Of a stretch of DNA of 61,790 bases, positions 1-13,188 are shown one piece after another. The notes beneath the pieces were generated by a model, which searched no databases, was not told the origin of the DNA, and was given only the letters and a program-made list of their open reading frames with translations. Both the position numbers and the translations under genes were made by a program. Numbering within the stretch: the first letter of the stretch is position 1; every line of letters begins with the position of its first letter. Source of the stretch: Paraliomyxa miuraensis (GTDB taxonomy: Bacteria > Myxococcota_A > Polyangia > Nannocystales > Nannocystaceae); the NCBI RefSeq assembly GCF_026337845.1, contig NZ_JAOVZF010000146.1, positions 185,015-246,804 on the forward strand, read 5' to 3'.

Positions 1-512
1 AGACCTTCGCCGTGTGGCTGGCTCCGCGCTCGAATTGGCGGCGCCAGTACGAGGGCTGGCCCGCGCTCGAGAAGCTCGAGTACGTCGACGAGCTCATGAA
101 CGAGCTGCGCGGCGTTCGTCCCCCCGTGCACAGCCGCGGGCGCCCGTACTCGCTGCCCTCGCTGCGCCAGCGCCTCGGCGAGTACTACGAGGAGAAGCGC
201 GCCCGCTACGGCCGCTCCACGCCGGGCGCCTACGACCAGCAGCTGCAGGTGCTGTTCAGCGCCGACCGCGGCCGCAACACGGCCGCTGCATTCCTCCGCA
301 AGCATCGCTCCGAGCTGCGGGCCCTGGTGGCCCGAGGCACTGGCCAGCATCCCGTCACCGTGGACCAGGTGCTCAAGGAGATGATCGCCCGCTGCCAGGA
401 GCTCCGGCTGCGCGCAGCCGGCAGCGAGCGAACCCTCTTGATGGAGATGGTCGTGCTGCTCACCGCACACACCGTCCATCGCATTCATACCTCGCAGTGG
501 CACGCCGTATGA
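1..512 (+). CDS. Hypothetical protein, 5'-truncated by the window edge (ORF frame 12..512). Its stop overlaps the start of the downstream ATP-grasp gene.
   Basis: Non-artifactual amino acid composition (K/E/Y/L present). ATGA start/stop overlap with the next gene at 509-512 implies translational coupling. Confidence 0.5.
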   Translation, partial: TFAVWLAPRSNWRRQYEGWPALEKLEYVDELMNELRGVRPPVHSRGRPYSLPSLRQRLGEYYEEKRARYGRSTPGAYDQQLQVLFSADRGRNTAAAFLRKHRSELRALVARGTGQHPVTVDQVLKEMIARCQELRLRAAGSERTLLMEMVVLLTAHTVHRIHTSQWHAV

Positions 513-1537
513 GTCGCAAGCTCCGCGTTCTGGTGATGATGCACCGCGACCTGATGCCCCCCGAGAGCCTCGAGGGCCTCAGCGACAAGGAGATCGAGCC
601 GTTCAAGACCGAGTACGACGTGGTGGTGGCGCTCGATCACCTCGACCACGAAGTGCACCAGATCGGCCTGCACGACGAGATCAAGCCCCTGCGCCTGGCG
701 CTGCAGGAGATCCGCCCCCACGTGGTCTTCAACCTGCTCGAGGAATTCCACGGCGAGGCCATCTACGACCACCACGTGGTCAGCTACCTGGTGCTCCAGC
801 GTCAGGCCTACACCGGCTGCAACCCCCGCGGGCTGGTGCTGGCCCGCGACAAGGCCCTGTCCAAGAAGATCCTGCACTACCACCGCATTCGCGTGCCCGG
901 GTTCGCGGTGGCACCCCGCGGCACTCGCTTTCGCCGCCCCCCTCGCCTGGGCTTTCCCCTCATCGTCAAGTCGCTGGTCGAGGAGGGCTCGCTCGGCATC
1001 GCCGAGGCCTCCGTGGTGCACAGCGACGCCAAGCTCATCGAGCGCGTCGAGTTCGTGCACGACAAGCTCGGCACCGACGCGATCGTCGAGCAATTCATCG
1101 ATGGTCGCGAGCTCTACTCGACGATCATGGGCAACCACCAGCTGCGGGTGTTTCCCCCGTGGGAGCTCATCATCAAGAATCGCCGCCCGGATGCCCCGCT
1201 CATCGCCACCGAGCGCACCAAGTGGGATCTCGACTACCAGGAGCGGCGCGGGGTCACCCTCGATCCCGCCCGGGTCGACGACGCCCTGCGCCAGCACATC
1301 GAGCGCACCACCAAGCGGATCTACCGGGCGCTCGGCATGTCGGGCTACGGGCGCATCGACTTTCGGCTCGACCCCCAGGGCGAGCTCTACTTCCTCGAGG
1401 CCAACCCCAACCCCGACGTGTCGCTGGGCAGCGAGCTGCACTGCGCCACCGAGGACGGCGGCATGACCCACGAGCAGGTGATCCAGAAGATCCTGGCGCT
1501 GGGCCTGCGTCAGGGCCGTCCGCCGCGGCGCGGCTGA
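509..1537 (+). CDS. ATP-grasp protein of the D-alanine--D-alanine ligase family (342 aa)
   Basis: Internal ATG at 509 in ORF 14..1537. Ddl-like features: 'KKILHYHRIRVPGF', 'IVKSLVEEGSLGIAEASVV', 'YGRIDFRLDPQGELYFLEANPNP'. Confidence 0.8.
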   Translation: MSRKLRVLVMMHRDLMPPESLEGLSDKEIEPFKTEYDVVVALDHLDHEVHQIGLHDEIKPLRLALQEIRPHVVFNLLEEFHGEAIYDHHVVSYLVLQRQAYTGCNPRGLVLARDKALSKKILHYHRIRVPGFAVAPRGTRFRRPPRLGFPLIVKSLVEEGSLGIAEASVVHSDAKLIERVEFVHDKLGTDAIVEQFIDGRELYSTIMGNHQLRVFPPWELIIKNRRPDAPLIATERTKWDLDYQERRGVTLDPARVDDALRQHIERTTKRIYRALGMSGYGRIDFRLDPQGELYFLEANPNPDVSLGSELHCATEDGGMTHEQVIQKILALGLRQGRPPRRG

Positions 1538-1662
1538 CTGGCGACCGCGCTCGGCCACGCAGCTTGCTGTCGAGCTTGGCCATCGAGCTGGGCCTCGATC
1601 TCGGCCATTTGGTGCCGGTGTCACGCGACGCCCTCGTGGGTGCGCGCTACCCTGCCGCTGAC

Positions 1663-2568
1663 ATGCCCCCCGCGTATGCACTGTTGGCCGAACCCACCGG
1701 AGTGCTCGAGCACCTCGACGTCAAGCTGTTCGAGGTCGGGGGCACGTCCGTCACCCTCGCCACTGCCCTCAGCGCCCTGCTGGTCATCACGTTCACCGCA
1801 TGGCTGGCCAAGGTCATGCGACGCCTGGTGCGCCGCGTGTTCGAGCGCCGCGGCCTGGGCGAGGGCACGGCCGGCACCGTCGGCGGCATTCTCTACTACG
1901 TCGTGCTGGTCACCGGTTTTGGCGTGGCCCTGCAGACCATCGGCATCGATCTGGCCGCGTTGTTCACCGCCGGGGCGATCTTCGCGATTGGGCTGGGCTT
2001 TGCCATGCAGAACATCGCCCAGAACTTCATGTCGGGCGTCATCCTGCTCACCGAGCGCGCCATCAAGCCCGGCGACGTGCTCGAGGTCGAGGGCGACGTG
2101 GTCAAGGTGCGGCAGATGGGCATTCGCGCCACCATCGTGCAGACCCGCGACGGCGAGGAGATCATCGTCCCCAACTCCGTGCTCGCGCAGTCGAGCGTGA
2201 AGAACTACACCCTCGAGGACTCCAAGTTTCGCCTGCGCGCCGCGGTGGGGGTGCTCTACTCGTCCGATCTCCGCCGCGTTCGGGCCCGCCTCGAGGAGGT
2301 GTCTCGCGAGCAGTCCTGGCGCCTGGCCGCGCACGAGCCCGAGGTCTACCTGTCCGAGTTCGGCGACAACGCCGTGATCTACGAGATCTTCGTGTGGATG
2401 TCCGACCCCTGGCGCGAGCGTGCGGCTCGCTCGTCGCTGCACGAGGCGATCTGGTGGGCGTTCAAGGAGGAGGGCGTGGTGATCGCGTTCCCGCAGCTCG
2501 ACCTGCACCTCGACGAGGACGTCGCGGGCAGCCTGCGCGCGCTCGGTGGCGCGCGGCGCGGCGCGTGA
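1663..2568 (+). CDS. Small-conductance mechanosensitive channel (MscS family)
   Basis: Three N-terminal TM helices followed by the MscS beta-domain signature 'IKPGDVLEVEGDVVKVRQMGIRATIVQTRDGEEIIVPNS'. ATG at 1663 in ORF 1159..2568. Confidence 0.85.
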   Translation: MPPAYALLAEPTGVLEHLDVKLFEVGGTSVTLATALSALLVITFTAWLAKVMRRLVRRVFERRGLGEGTAGTVGGILYYVVLVTGFGVALQTIGIDLAALFTAGAIFAIGLGFAMQNIAQNFMSGVILLTERAIKPGDVLEVEGDVVKVRQMGIRATIVQTRDGEEIIVPNSVLAQSSVKNYTLEDSKFRLRAAVGVLYSSDLRRVRARLEEVSREQSWRLAAHEPEVYLSEFGDNAVIYEIFVWMSDPWRERAARSSLHEAIWWAFKEEGVVIAFPQLDLHLDEDVAGSLRALGGARRGA

Positions 2569-2578
2569 GCGGGCACGC

Positions 2579-5638
<3,060 letters not shown>

Positions 5639-5663
5639 CGACGTCCCGTCCCGCCCGCCTCGC

Positions 5664-6881
5664 TCACCCGAACAACGCAGCGATCCTCGCGTGCTGCGCC
5701 TGGGCGTCGTGATAGCCCAGGTGCATCAGCGCCTTGGTGTAGTCGGGATCGAACAGCACGTAGCTGGCCAGGTCGTTCTCCGGCATCTCGTCGCCCAGCA
5801 TCGAGCGCCGTATCCACCGCGCCATCACCCCGCTGTAGCGCGACAGGTTCGAGCGCCGGATCACGTCGTGGGCGACCTCGCCGAGGTTCTGGCTCGGGCG
5901 GATGAGCAGCACCTCCATGGGCACGTAGGCTCGCCCGTGGCGCCCGGGGATCGCATCGCCGATGCGCGCGCCAAAGTCCGTCCCGTACAGATCCTGCCCG
6001 GCCGCGATGATCTCGTTGAGCCGCTCGATCCGGCGCAGGTCGGCCTCGAGCTTGTCGAGCATGAGCGCGTCGAGCAGCTTGCCGCCCATGAACACCGCGT
6101 TGGGGAAGATCGTGCGCGCCTTCTCCCGCGCGCGCTGCTGGGCCAGCGTCTGCGCATTCTCGTGGCGCAGGCCGATCACCAGCAGCCGGTTGGCCCCCAG
6201 CCGCATCGCCGGCCGCACCGGAGTGTTCTGCCGCAGGCTGCCGTCCACGTAGTAGCGCTCGGCCACCCGCACCGCGGGAAACAGCACGGGGATCGCCGCC
6301 GATGCCAGCGTGTGCGCGGGCGTGATGACGGTGGGCACCGCCTCGCCTCCCGGCTCGGCGGGCCACGGCGGCACCGCCCCTTCCCTGGCCTGCACGAACA
6401 CCGTGGTCTTGCCCGTGGCCAGCTCGGTGGCGCTGCACGCCATCGCATGCAGGTGCCCCTGCTCGATGTTGTCGCGCAGGCCCTTCCAGGGGATCCGCAG
6501 CCGCACGAAGTCCTCGATGTACGAGGAGTCGACCAGACCGCCGATCGTCTCCACGCGCCCGTCCTTGGGCAGGTGGCGGCCGAACAACACCTGCGGCAGG
6601 TGGCGCACCTGCGACCAGCCAAAGCGGTACATCTGGTCGAGATCGAGCTCGCTCCACACCCGCGCCAGCGGCCGGATCTGCGCGCGCGGCCGATCCAGCG
6701 TGGCCGCCACGTACGAGCCGTTGATCGCCCCCACGCTGCTGCCCGTGATCACGTGGAACGGACAGGGGCGCTTGATCTGCTCGCGAATGTAGCGGAGCAC
6801 TCCCACCTCGTAGGCCCCGCGCGCGCCTCCCCCGGAGAGCACCAGGCCCACGCGGGGTACGTCGTCCTTGACGTCGACCAC
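5664..6881 (-). CDS. Patatin-like phospholipase
   Basis: 'GLVLSGGGARGAYEVGVL' oxyanion/Gly-rich motif and 'GSSVGAING' (GxSxG nucleophile). GTG start at 6881. Lies 3 nt after the upstream lipoprotein gene and 25 nt before the kinase start. Confidence 0.85.
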   Translation of the reverse strand: MVDVKDDVPRVGLVLSGGGARGAYEVGVLRYIREQIKRPCPFHVITGSSVGAINGSYVAATLDRPRAQIRPLARVWSELDLDQMYRFGWSQVRHLPQVLFGRHLPKDGRVETIGGLVDSSYIEDFVRLRIPWKGLRDNIEQGHLHAMACSATELATGKTTVFVQAREGAVPPWPAEPGGEAVPTVITPAHTLASAAIPVLFPAVRVAERYYVDGSLRQNTPVRPAMRLGANRLLVIGLRHENAQTLAQQRAREKARTIFPNAVFMGGKLLDALMLDKLEADLRRIERLNEIIAAGQDLYGTDFGARIGDAIPGRHGRAYVPMEVLLIRPSQNLGEVAHDVIRRSNLSRYSGVMARWIRRSMLGDEMPENDLASYVLFDPDYTKALMHLGYHDAQAQHARIAALFG

Positions 6882-6884
6882 TCG

Positions 6885-7652
6885 CTAGAACCCGATCGGA
6901 TAGCAGGGGCAAGCGCCGCCGCGGCAGCTCTCGGGCGGGGCCGGGTTGCCCGGCAGGATGCTCACGTCGCGACCATCGGGGATCCGGCTGGTCATCTGCG
7001 GGTACTGCATCACCAGCTCGTCCACCGTGTCGGTGTCGTCGGGATCCATCGCGATGATCGTGGCGTCCGCGTTGGTGAGGAACGGGATCTCGAGCTTCAT
7101 GCTGCCGTTGATGGGCCCGCTGCTGGTCTCGGTGTCGATGTGGAATTCGATCTCGTTGGCGTACTGGCACGTCGCCGGGTCGAACGCCGAGAACGCGTCG
7201 GCGGGGCAGCCCGTGGGGGCCGAGGCGCCGACCGTCCACGTGAGCACCTGCGCGTCGCAGCGACTGCCCCGGCAGTGGAAGCCGTAGTCGAACTCGTACG
7301 AAGACGCGGACACGCAGGGGTGCAAGCACTGCCGCACCACCACCGGCATGCTCGCGCCCGACTGCACCTCGTGTGGCAGGCAGATCTCCCCGCGATGGAA
7401 CGCGATCACCTTGTTGGAGAAGCTGCCGGGGGCGGGACTCTCGGCCGTGCTCGCGTCGATCTCGGCCGCCACGCACTCGAAGACCTCGAGGTCGCAGACC
7501 TGGCCGCGCCCGCTACAGGGGGTGTTCTCGTCGCATCCCCCCTGATCGACCTGCGGCGCGCAGGCGCCGAGCACCAAGCCGGTCGTGAGCCCAACGCCCA
7601 TCCACCAGCCCCGTACGTCTCTACGCGCTCCTCGTCGTTTGCTGTGCTGCAT
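6885..7652 (-). CDS. Cys-rich lipoprotein, hypothetical (about 255 aa)
   Basis: Internal ATG at 7652 gives 'MQHSKRRGARRDVRGWWMGVGLTTGLVLGAC', a basic n-region plus lipobox. 18 Cys in the mature part. First gene of a lipoprotein-patatin-kinase run on the minus strand. Confidence 0.6.
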   Translation of the reverse strand: MQHSKRRGARRDVRGWWMGVGLTTGLVLGACAPQVDQGGCDENTPCSGRGQVCDLEVFECVAAEIDASTAESPAPGSFSNKVIAFHRGEICLPHEVQSGASMPVVVRQCLHPCVSASSYEFDYGFHCRGSRCDAQVLTWTVGASAPTGCPADAFSAFDPATCQYANEIEFHIDTETSSGPINGSMKLEIPFLTNADATIIAMDPDDTDTVDELVMQYPQMTSRIPDGRDVSILPGNPAPPESCRGGACPCYPIGF

Positions 7653-7892
7653 GGCTCGACCCTCGTCGTTGCTTCGCCGCGGCCGGACCGCCGACCCAGG
7701 TCGTCCGCGCAGCGAAGTCCCATCCCATCTTACGGCATGAACGAGGGTCCGGGCCAAGAACCGCGGTTTCAGCCCTGGACGCGTCAATTCCCACGTCGGA
7801 GGCAATTGCCCCTCGGGCCGGCACTATGGCAGCGTCCCTCGGTGACCAGCTGCATCGGGCGACGAGCCCAAGGGACAGCGGACGAAGGGACG

Positions 7893-8543
7893 ATGACCAT
7901 GACGTTGACGTTTGGATCGAGACTCGTGAATGGGCTCGCCCAGGGCCTTTGGGGCCTCGCGGCGCTGGCGATGGCGATGACGATGGAAGGCTGCGTGGTG
8001 GGGGGCGACGACGGCACCAACACCACCGTGGTCGACTCGGGGCCCGTGCCGACCACCGGCATGACGGCCACCGACGGCACGACGGCCGAGGAGAGCACCA
8101 GCTCGGCCACCACGATGCCGGCCGAGGAAACCGCCGACCCCGATACCTCGGGTGGCGTGACCTGCGACCCGCCCTGTCCGGCCGGCCAGATGTGCATCGA
8201 AGGCGCCTGCTTCGACATTCCTCCGGAGGAGACCACCACCGGCGAGCCGCCGCCGCCCACCGACAGCGACTACGGCCCCTGCAACATGTGCGCGGCCGGC
8301 GAGTCGCCGGTCCAGATCATGGGCCTCGATGGCTGCTTCTGCTCGCCGCCCTGCGATGGCGCCGGCTCGATGTGCGCCATGCCCAACGAGGGGACCGCGC
8401 AGCCCATGTGCGTGCTCGAACTCATGATGGGCGCCGGCCCCACCCAGTGCGCCCTGATCTGCATGGACGACACGAACTGCCCCGCCGGTGCCACTTGCCA
8501 GGCTGCCGGCGGCGCGGGCATCTGCGTGCATCCAGCTCCATAG
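7893..8543 (+). CDS. Secreted Cys-rich lipoprotein with a Thr/Gly-rich linker (216 aa)
   Basis: ATG at 7893 in the frame of ORF 5574..8543. Signal/lipobox 'LAALAMAMTMEGC', a T/G/S-rich low-complexity linker, then a Cys-rich C-terminal domain (CDPPCPAGQMC...). Confidence 0.6.
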   Translation: MTMTLTFGSRLVNGLAQGLWGLAALAMAMTMEGCVVGGDDGTNTTVVDSGPVPTTGMTATDGTTAEESTSSATTMPAEETADPDTSGGVTCDPPCPAGQMCIEGACFDIPPEETTTGEPPPPTDSDYGPCNMCAAGESPVQIMGLDGCFCSPPCDGAGSMCAMPNEGTAQPMCVLELMMGAGPTQCALICMDDTNCPAGATCQAAGGAGICVHPAP

Positions 8544-8880
8544 CCAGCCCCAGGAGTGGGCCCGTGGCCTCGAAGCGCAATGGTTCGGCTCGAACCGGAC
8601 CATTGCGTTCGGGAGCGATCCTCGCTTCAATCGTGCCCAACGAGGCGAAGGCCGTGAGAGGTGGAGACGACGATTCCAACGCGCGCTACACCGAAGGTGG
8701 CATCAACGTCGTCGCCCTCGATCGAAAGGGACGCGGCTTGCAGCGCGCTCGGCCGGAGCGCCGACTCGGCAGCGATCTCTTCCCTCGTGTGATCCCCCAG
8801 CCGGCGCGGCTGATTCCGGTCGGCCTCATCGTGACCGTGGTGGCGGTGATCGCCGCCGTCGTCGCCTGGATCGCATTCGC

Positions 8881-9201
8881 CTAGGACCGCGGCGACAAGA
8901 GCTGCGCCAGCTCGCCATTGGCGTCCATCTCGCGCACGATGTCGCAGCCTCCCACGAGCTCGCCATCGACGTAGAGCTGCGGGATCGTCGGCCAGTCGCC
9001 GTACTCCTTGATCCCTTCGCGCACGGCTTGGTCCTGCAGCACGTTGAAGTGGTGGAAGGTCGCCCCGTGCTTCTTGAGCACCTCGACCACCGCGGCCGAG
9101 AAGCCGCACTGCGGAAAGGTCGGGTTGCCCTTCATGAACAACATGACCTTGTTGCCCTTCACCAGGGTATCGATGAACTTGCGGGTGTCGTCGGCGAGCA
9201 T
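8881..9201 (-). CDS. grxD: Monothiol glutaredoxin (Grx4/GrxD family, CGFS active site)
   Basis: '[12 protein letters not shown]' CGFS motif and '[19 protein letters not shown]'. Typical length of 106 aa. Confidence 0.85.
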   Translation of the reverse strand: MLADDTRKFIDTLVKGNKVMLFMKGNPTFPQCGFSAAVVEVLKKHGATFHHFNVLQDQAVREGIKEYGDWPTIPQLYVDGELVGGCDIVREMDANGELAQLLSPRS

Positions 9202-9453
9202 GGATCAGCTCCTCTAGGCTCGGCGCCCGGGGGCGCGGCAGCGATGAATGCGCTGTCACGAGCCTGACGTAGCGTTGGATAGTGCCGAATCCCGGCCCGT
9301 TCAAGGGGCGTGGGCGTGGGTCAGCGATGTTCCTGGCCTGTGCGCAATGCGCGCGTCGGCGAAATGTGCCGGGGACTTGGCACGTCCAGCCAACCGCGCC
9401 ATGGTGAGTCGGCCTCGGGGTCGCTGGGCCGCCAAGAGAAGGACGGTATACGC

Positions 9454-10275
9454 GTGGATCGCGAAGCTCTCGATGAGGAACTGGGGAACCAAGAGCACGG
9501 TGGGGGGCTGGGGCGTCGGCGCTGGTTGACCGGTCTGGCCGGCCTGGCGGGCGCCACCGCGCTGATGCGACCCGGAGTGGCCCGGGCCGATCGCTACGGC
9601 CCCCGCGGGGGCACCCGGGTGCTGGTGATCGGGGACAGCATGATCGCAGGGGGCTTCGGGCTCTACCTCGCCCGCGCCCTTGGCGAGGAGCGGGGCTACG
9701 ACGTGACCCGTCGCGGCAAGTCCAGCTCGGGCCTGGCCCGCCCCGACTTCTTCGACTGGATCGCCGAAGCCGCCGACCTCGTCGAGGAGGGCCCGTTCGA
9801 CGCCACCGCGGTGATGTTCGGGGGCAACGACGTGCAGGGCCTGTACATGGGCAAGGCCTCGGGCGCCGCAGAGTGGATCCGCTGGGAGGACGAGGGCTGG
9901 TCGGAGGAGTACGCCCGGCGCATCAACGCGCTCGCCGACGCCGTGGCACCCGATGGCCAGCACCTGTTCTGGATCGGCATGCCGGTGATGCGGCCCACCA
10001 AGTTCCACGCCCGGGTCCAGCGGGTCAACACCATCTACCGCGCCGAGATGGCCATCCGGCCCAATGCGCGGTTCGTCGACATCTGGTCGGTGCTCGCCGA
10101 CGAGGACGGCCAGTACGCCGACCGCATCTACCTCACGCCCGACGATGGCGAGACCAAACGCAAGAAGGTCACCGTGCGGGCCGGCGATGGCATCCACCTC
10201 ACCGTGGCCGGCGCGCACCACCTGACCACCCACGTCGAGCAGGTGATTCACGCCGAGCTGTCGGGCCAGGGCTGA
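9454..10275 (+). CDS. SGNH/GDSL-family hydrolase with a Tat-type signal peptide
   Basis: 'RRRWLTGLAGLAGATALMRPGVARA' twin-arginine signal and the GDS(M) block 'VLVIGDSMIAGG'. The start is uncertain: GTG 9310, ATG 9364 or GTG 9454 in the same frame. Confidence 0.7.
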   Translation: MDREALDEELGNQEHGGGLGRRRWLTGLAGLAGATALMRPGVARADRYGPRGGTRVLVIGDSMIAGGFGLYLARALGEERGYDVTRRGKSSSGLARPDFFDWIAEAADLVEEGPFDATAVMFGGNDVQGLYMGKASGAAEWIRWEDEGWSEEYARRINALADAVAPDGQHLFWIGMPVMRPTKFHARVQRVNTIYRAEMAIRPNARFVDIWSVLADEDGQYADRIYLTPDDGETKRKKVTVRAGDGIHLTVAGAHHLTTHVEQVIHAELSGQG

Positions 10276-10311
10276 GCCACCCAGGCCTGCGCGCGCCCGC
10301 GCCTGCGCTCA

Positions 10312-13131
10312 ATGCGCAGGTCTGATGTGCGCACGCAGACGTTTCGTGCGAGAGTCGCCCCCGTTTTGGCGGGGCCAAAACCACTCCGCGGTCGCGAGCC
10401 GCTGAGCGACCGCTGGATCCGCTGGGTCCTGCTACGCCATCGCGTCATCCTGCTCGCGGCCGCCGTTCTGACCCTGGTCGCGAGCCTGTTCGCCACCCGG
10501 CTGCAGATCAATGGCGACCTGCGGGTGCTCTTGCCGCCCGACCACCGGGTGGTGCGGAGCCTCGACCAGATCGAGTCCACGTTCGGCAGCATCAACAGCG
10601 TCAACATCGTCGCCAAGGACGGGACCCCGCAGGCGCGTCATGCCTTCACCGACGCGCTGCAGGCCCGCCTGCAGGGCCATCCGCTGTTCCGCGACGTCGA
10701 GCACGGGTTGCCCAGCGGGTTCTTCAGCGAGCGTGGGCTCTACTACCTCGCCGACGCCGAGCTCGACCGGCTCGAGCAGCTCGTCGAGGCCTGGAAGCAC
10801 TATCAGCTGTGCTCGCGGCAGGGTGACGCGTGCCTGACCGAGCCGGACCCCCGGGCTCCCGACGACCTGCGCGCCTTCATCGACGACAAGCGCGAGCAGG
10901 CCAACGCTCGCACCGGGTTCCGCGACCGCTACGAACGCGAGGGCATCGAGGCGGAGGTCATGCTCGTGCACCCATACGAGCCAGCCAACCGGCTCGAGGT
11001 CGCCCAGGATGTCACGCACGAGATCCGGGGCCTGGCCGCCGAGGTGTTCGACCGATCGGACGCACCGTGGGCCGGCACCGGGATGACCTACAACATCACC
11101 GGCCCCTACATCACCAAGGCCGACGAGCAGACCACCATCCTGCGCGACATGCTGCGCAGCGGGATCTTCGCCTTCGTGGGGGTGGTGGCGATCCTCTACT
11201 TCCTGTTCCGCTCCCACCGGGCGGTGCTGGTGCTGCTCGTTCCGCTCCTGTGCGGCGTGGTCTGGTCGCTCGGTGCCACGCAGCTCGTGCTCGGTCACCT
11301 CAACGTGATGACCAGCACCATCTCCACGGTGGTGATGGGGGTGGGCATCGACGCGGGCATCCACTTCTTCAGTCGCGCCAAGCGGGCGCGGCTCGAGCAC
11401 GACGACGGGGAGGCGATCCGCCGTGCCTTCGATGGGCTGGTGATCCCCCTGCTCGTGGCCTCGAGCACCACCATCGGCGCCTTTTGCAGCATGGCCAGCT
11501 CGGAGTTCCCGGCCTTTCGCGAGTTCGGGATCATCGCGGCCCTGGGGGTGGCGCTGTGTCTGTTGAGCATGGTCACCGTGCTGCCCGCGCTGTGCTTCTT
11601 GGTGGGGATCAAGAAGCGAGAGCAGCACTCGCGCGAGGAGCCCAGCCTTGCCGCTCGCCTGGTGCTCGCGCGACCCGGCCTGATGTTCATCATGCTCGTC
11701 GCCGTCAGCCTGGTGGCGCTGCAAGGCGCTCGCCACGTGGGCTTCGAATACAACGGACGCAGCCTGCAGTCGGACCACGCGCGAGAGAACACCGAGCCCG
11801 ATGCCAAGCTGATCTCCTCGATCTTCGGCAAGGACATCCACGCGGCCGTACTGGTGCGACCCACGCTGCAGGAGGCTCGCGCGACCCTCGAGCTGGCGCG
11901 GGCCCGGCACGCCGAGCGCGTGGCCGCGGACGACACGGTGGTGGCCGAGCTGTTCGGGGTGACCGACCTCTTGCCCGATCCCACCATCGACATGCAGGCA
12001 AGGGCGCGGTGGATCGCCCGGTTCTCCGCCGAGCATGGCGAGCTCGTCGACGAGCTGCGCGAGCGCGCCGGCCTACCGCCGCGCGAGCCTTCGCAGGGCA
12101 CCAAGGACGGCGACTGGGATGATTGGGACGACGATGGCGCTGCTGGCTCGGGTGGCACGCCTGCTCCGCCCGCGCCCCACGCCGACGATTGGGACGAGTG
12201 GGACGGTAGCGACGACGAGCCGGGCGCGCCTTCGCCTTCGCCGGGCGCGCCCGATCCAGCCTCGCCTGCGCCGGCCATGCCTTCGCCGGCCGCGCCCGAT
12301 CCAGCTGCGCCTGCGCCTTCGCCAGCCGCACCCGCGCCCCCGCCAGGGGCCGAGCCGCCCGAGCCTGCTGCGCCCGCAGCCGAGCCGGAGGAACTGTCCA
12401 AGGAGGACGCCGAGCTGCTCTTGGCCATGCTCGATGCCAAGCCGTTCACCGTCGACGATCTACCCGAGACGCTGCTGGCCAAGGTGCGCGCGTCCGATGG
12501 CTCGTACGGCCTGTTCGCCTACCCGGCGTTCGACGTGGCCGACATGCAACGCGGGCTCGTGTTCATGGACGAGACCTCGTCCTACCTCGACGACCCCGAG
12601 TCGGGCACCTTCGTGGGCGAGGCGGTCGTCTACGCGGCGATGTACCTGATGCTGCGCGAGGAGGCGCCGGTCGTGCTGGGCATGGCCGCGATCCTCATCG
12701 CGGTGCTGGTGTTCTGGCAGCTGCGCTCGATCCCCCTGATGCTCATGACCCTGGTGCCGCTGCTGCTGGCCATGGCGTGGCTGTTGGGGGTGATGGGCGC
12801 GATCGACATGCGCTTCACGCTGTTCAACCTGCCCATCCTCCCGGCGATCCTGGGCATCGGGGTCGACAACGGGGTCTACCTCACCGATCGGATCCGCCGC
12901 GCGCCCGCCACCGACGAGGGCCTGGTCGACGCGCTGCACGAGACCGGCGGGGCGATCCTCGCCGCCACCGCCACCACCGCCGTGGGCTTCGCCGCGTTCA
13001 TGGTCGCCGACTCTGGTGGCGTGCGGGGCATCGGCAGCCTCGCGGTGCTGGGGATCGTGCTCGCCGCCCTCGCGGCGCTCCTGGTGCTGCCCACGATCAC
13101 GGCGCTGGTCCAGCGACGGCTTCGGCGTTGA
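10312..13131 (+). CDS. MMPL/RND-superfamily exporter (939 aa) carrying an acidic W/D-rich plus Pro/Ala-rich insert
   Basis: Two 6-TM sterol-sensing-like bundles ('GIDAGIHFFSRAKRARLE', 'GIGVDNGVYLTDRIRRA') separated by large periplasmic domains. Low-complexity insert at about aa 600-700. Confidence 0.85.
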   Translation: MRRSDVRTQTFRARVAPVLAGPKPLRGREPLSDRWIRWVLLRHRVILLAAAVLTLVASLFATRLQINGDLRVLLPPDHRVVRSLDQIESTFGSINSVNIVAKDGTPQARHAFTDALQARLQGHPLFRDVEHGLPSGFFSERGLYYLADAELDRLEQLVEAWKHYQLCSRQGDACLTEPDPRAPDDLRAFIDDKREQANARTGFRDRYEREGIEAEVMLVHPYEPANRLEVAQDVTHEIRGLAAEVFDRSDAPWAGTGMTYNITGPYITKADEQTTILRDMLRSGIFAFVGVVAILYFLFRSHRAVLVLLVPLLCGVVWSLGATQLVLGHLNVMTSTISTVVMGVGIDAGIHFFSRAKRARLEHDDGEAIRRAFDGLVIPLLVASSTTIGAFCSMASSEFPAFREFGIIAALGVALCLLSMVTVLPALCFLVGIKKREQHSREEPSLAARLVLARPGLMFIMLVAVSLVALQGARHVGFEYNGRSLQSDHARENTEPDAKLISSIFGKDIHAAVLVRPTLQEARATLELARARHAERVAADDTVVAELFGVTDLLPDPTIDMQARARWIARFSAEHGELVDELRERAGLPPREPSQGTKDGDWDDWDDDGAAGSGGTPAPPAPHADDWDEWDGSDDEPGAPSPSPGAPDPASPAPAMPSPAAPDPAAPAPSPAAPAPPPGAEPPEPAAPAAEPEELSKEDAELLLAMLDAKPFTVDDLPETLLAKVRASDGSYGLFAYPAFDVADMQRGLVFMDETSSYLDDPESGTFVGEAVVYAAMYLMLREEAPVVLGMAAILIAVLVFWQLRSIPLMLMTLVPLLLAMAWLLGVMGAIDMRFTLFNLPILPAILGIGVDNGVYLTDRIRRAPATDEGLVDALHETGGAILAATATTAVGFAAFMVADSGGVRGIGSLAVLGIVLAALAALLVLPTITALVQRRLRR

Positions 13132-13188
13132 GAATCGGGCCGCCGCAGAACGGCGACGCGCTCGGCATCGCGTGGGTCGTGCCCGCGG

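Noticed and set aside
485-1681. 398-aa minus-strand ORF antisense to the ATP-grasp gene
   Set aside because: R/A/G/V/H-rich low-complexity composition typical of out-of-frame translation in high-GC DNA. It fully overlaps a well-supported plus-strand gene.
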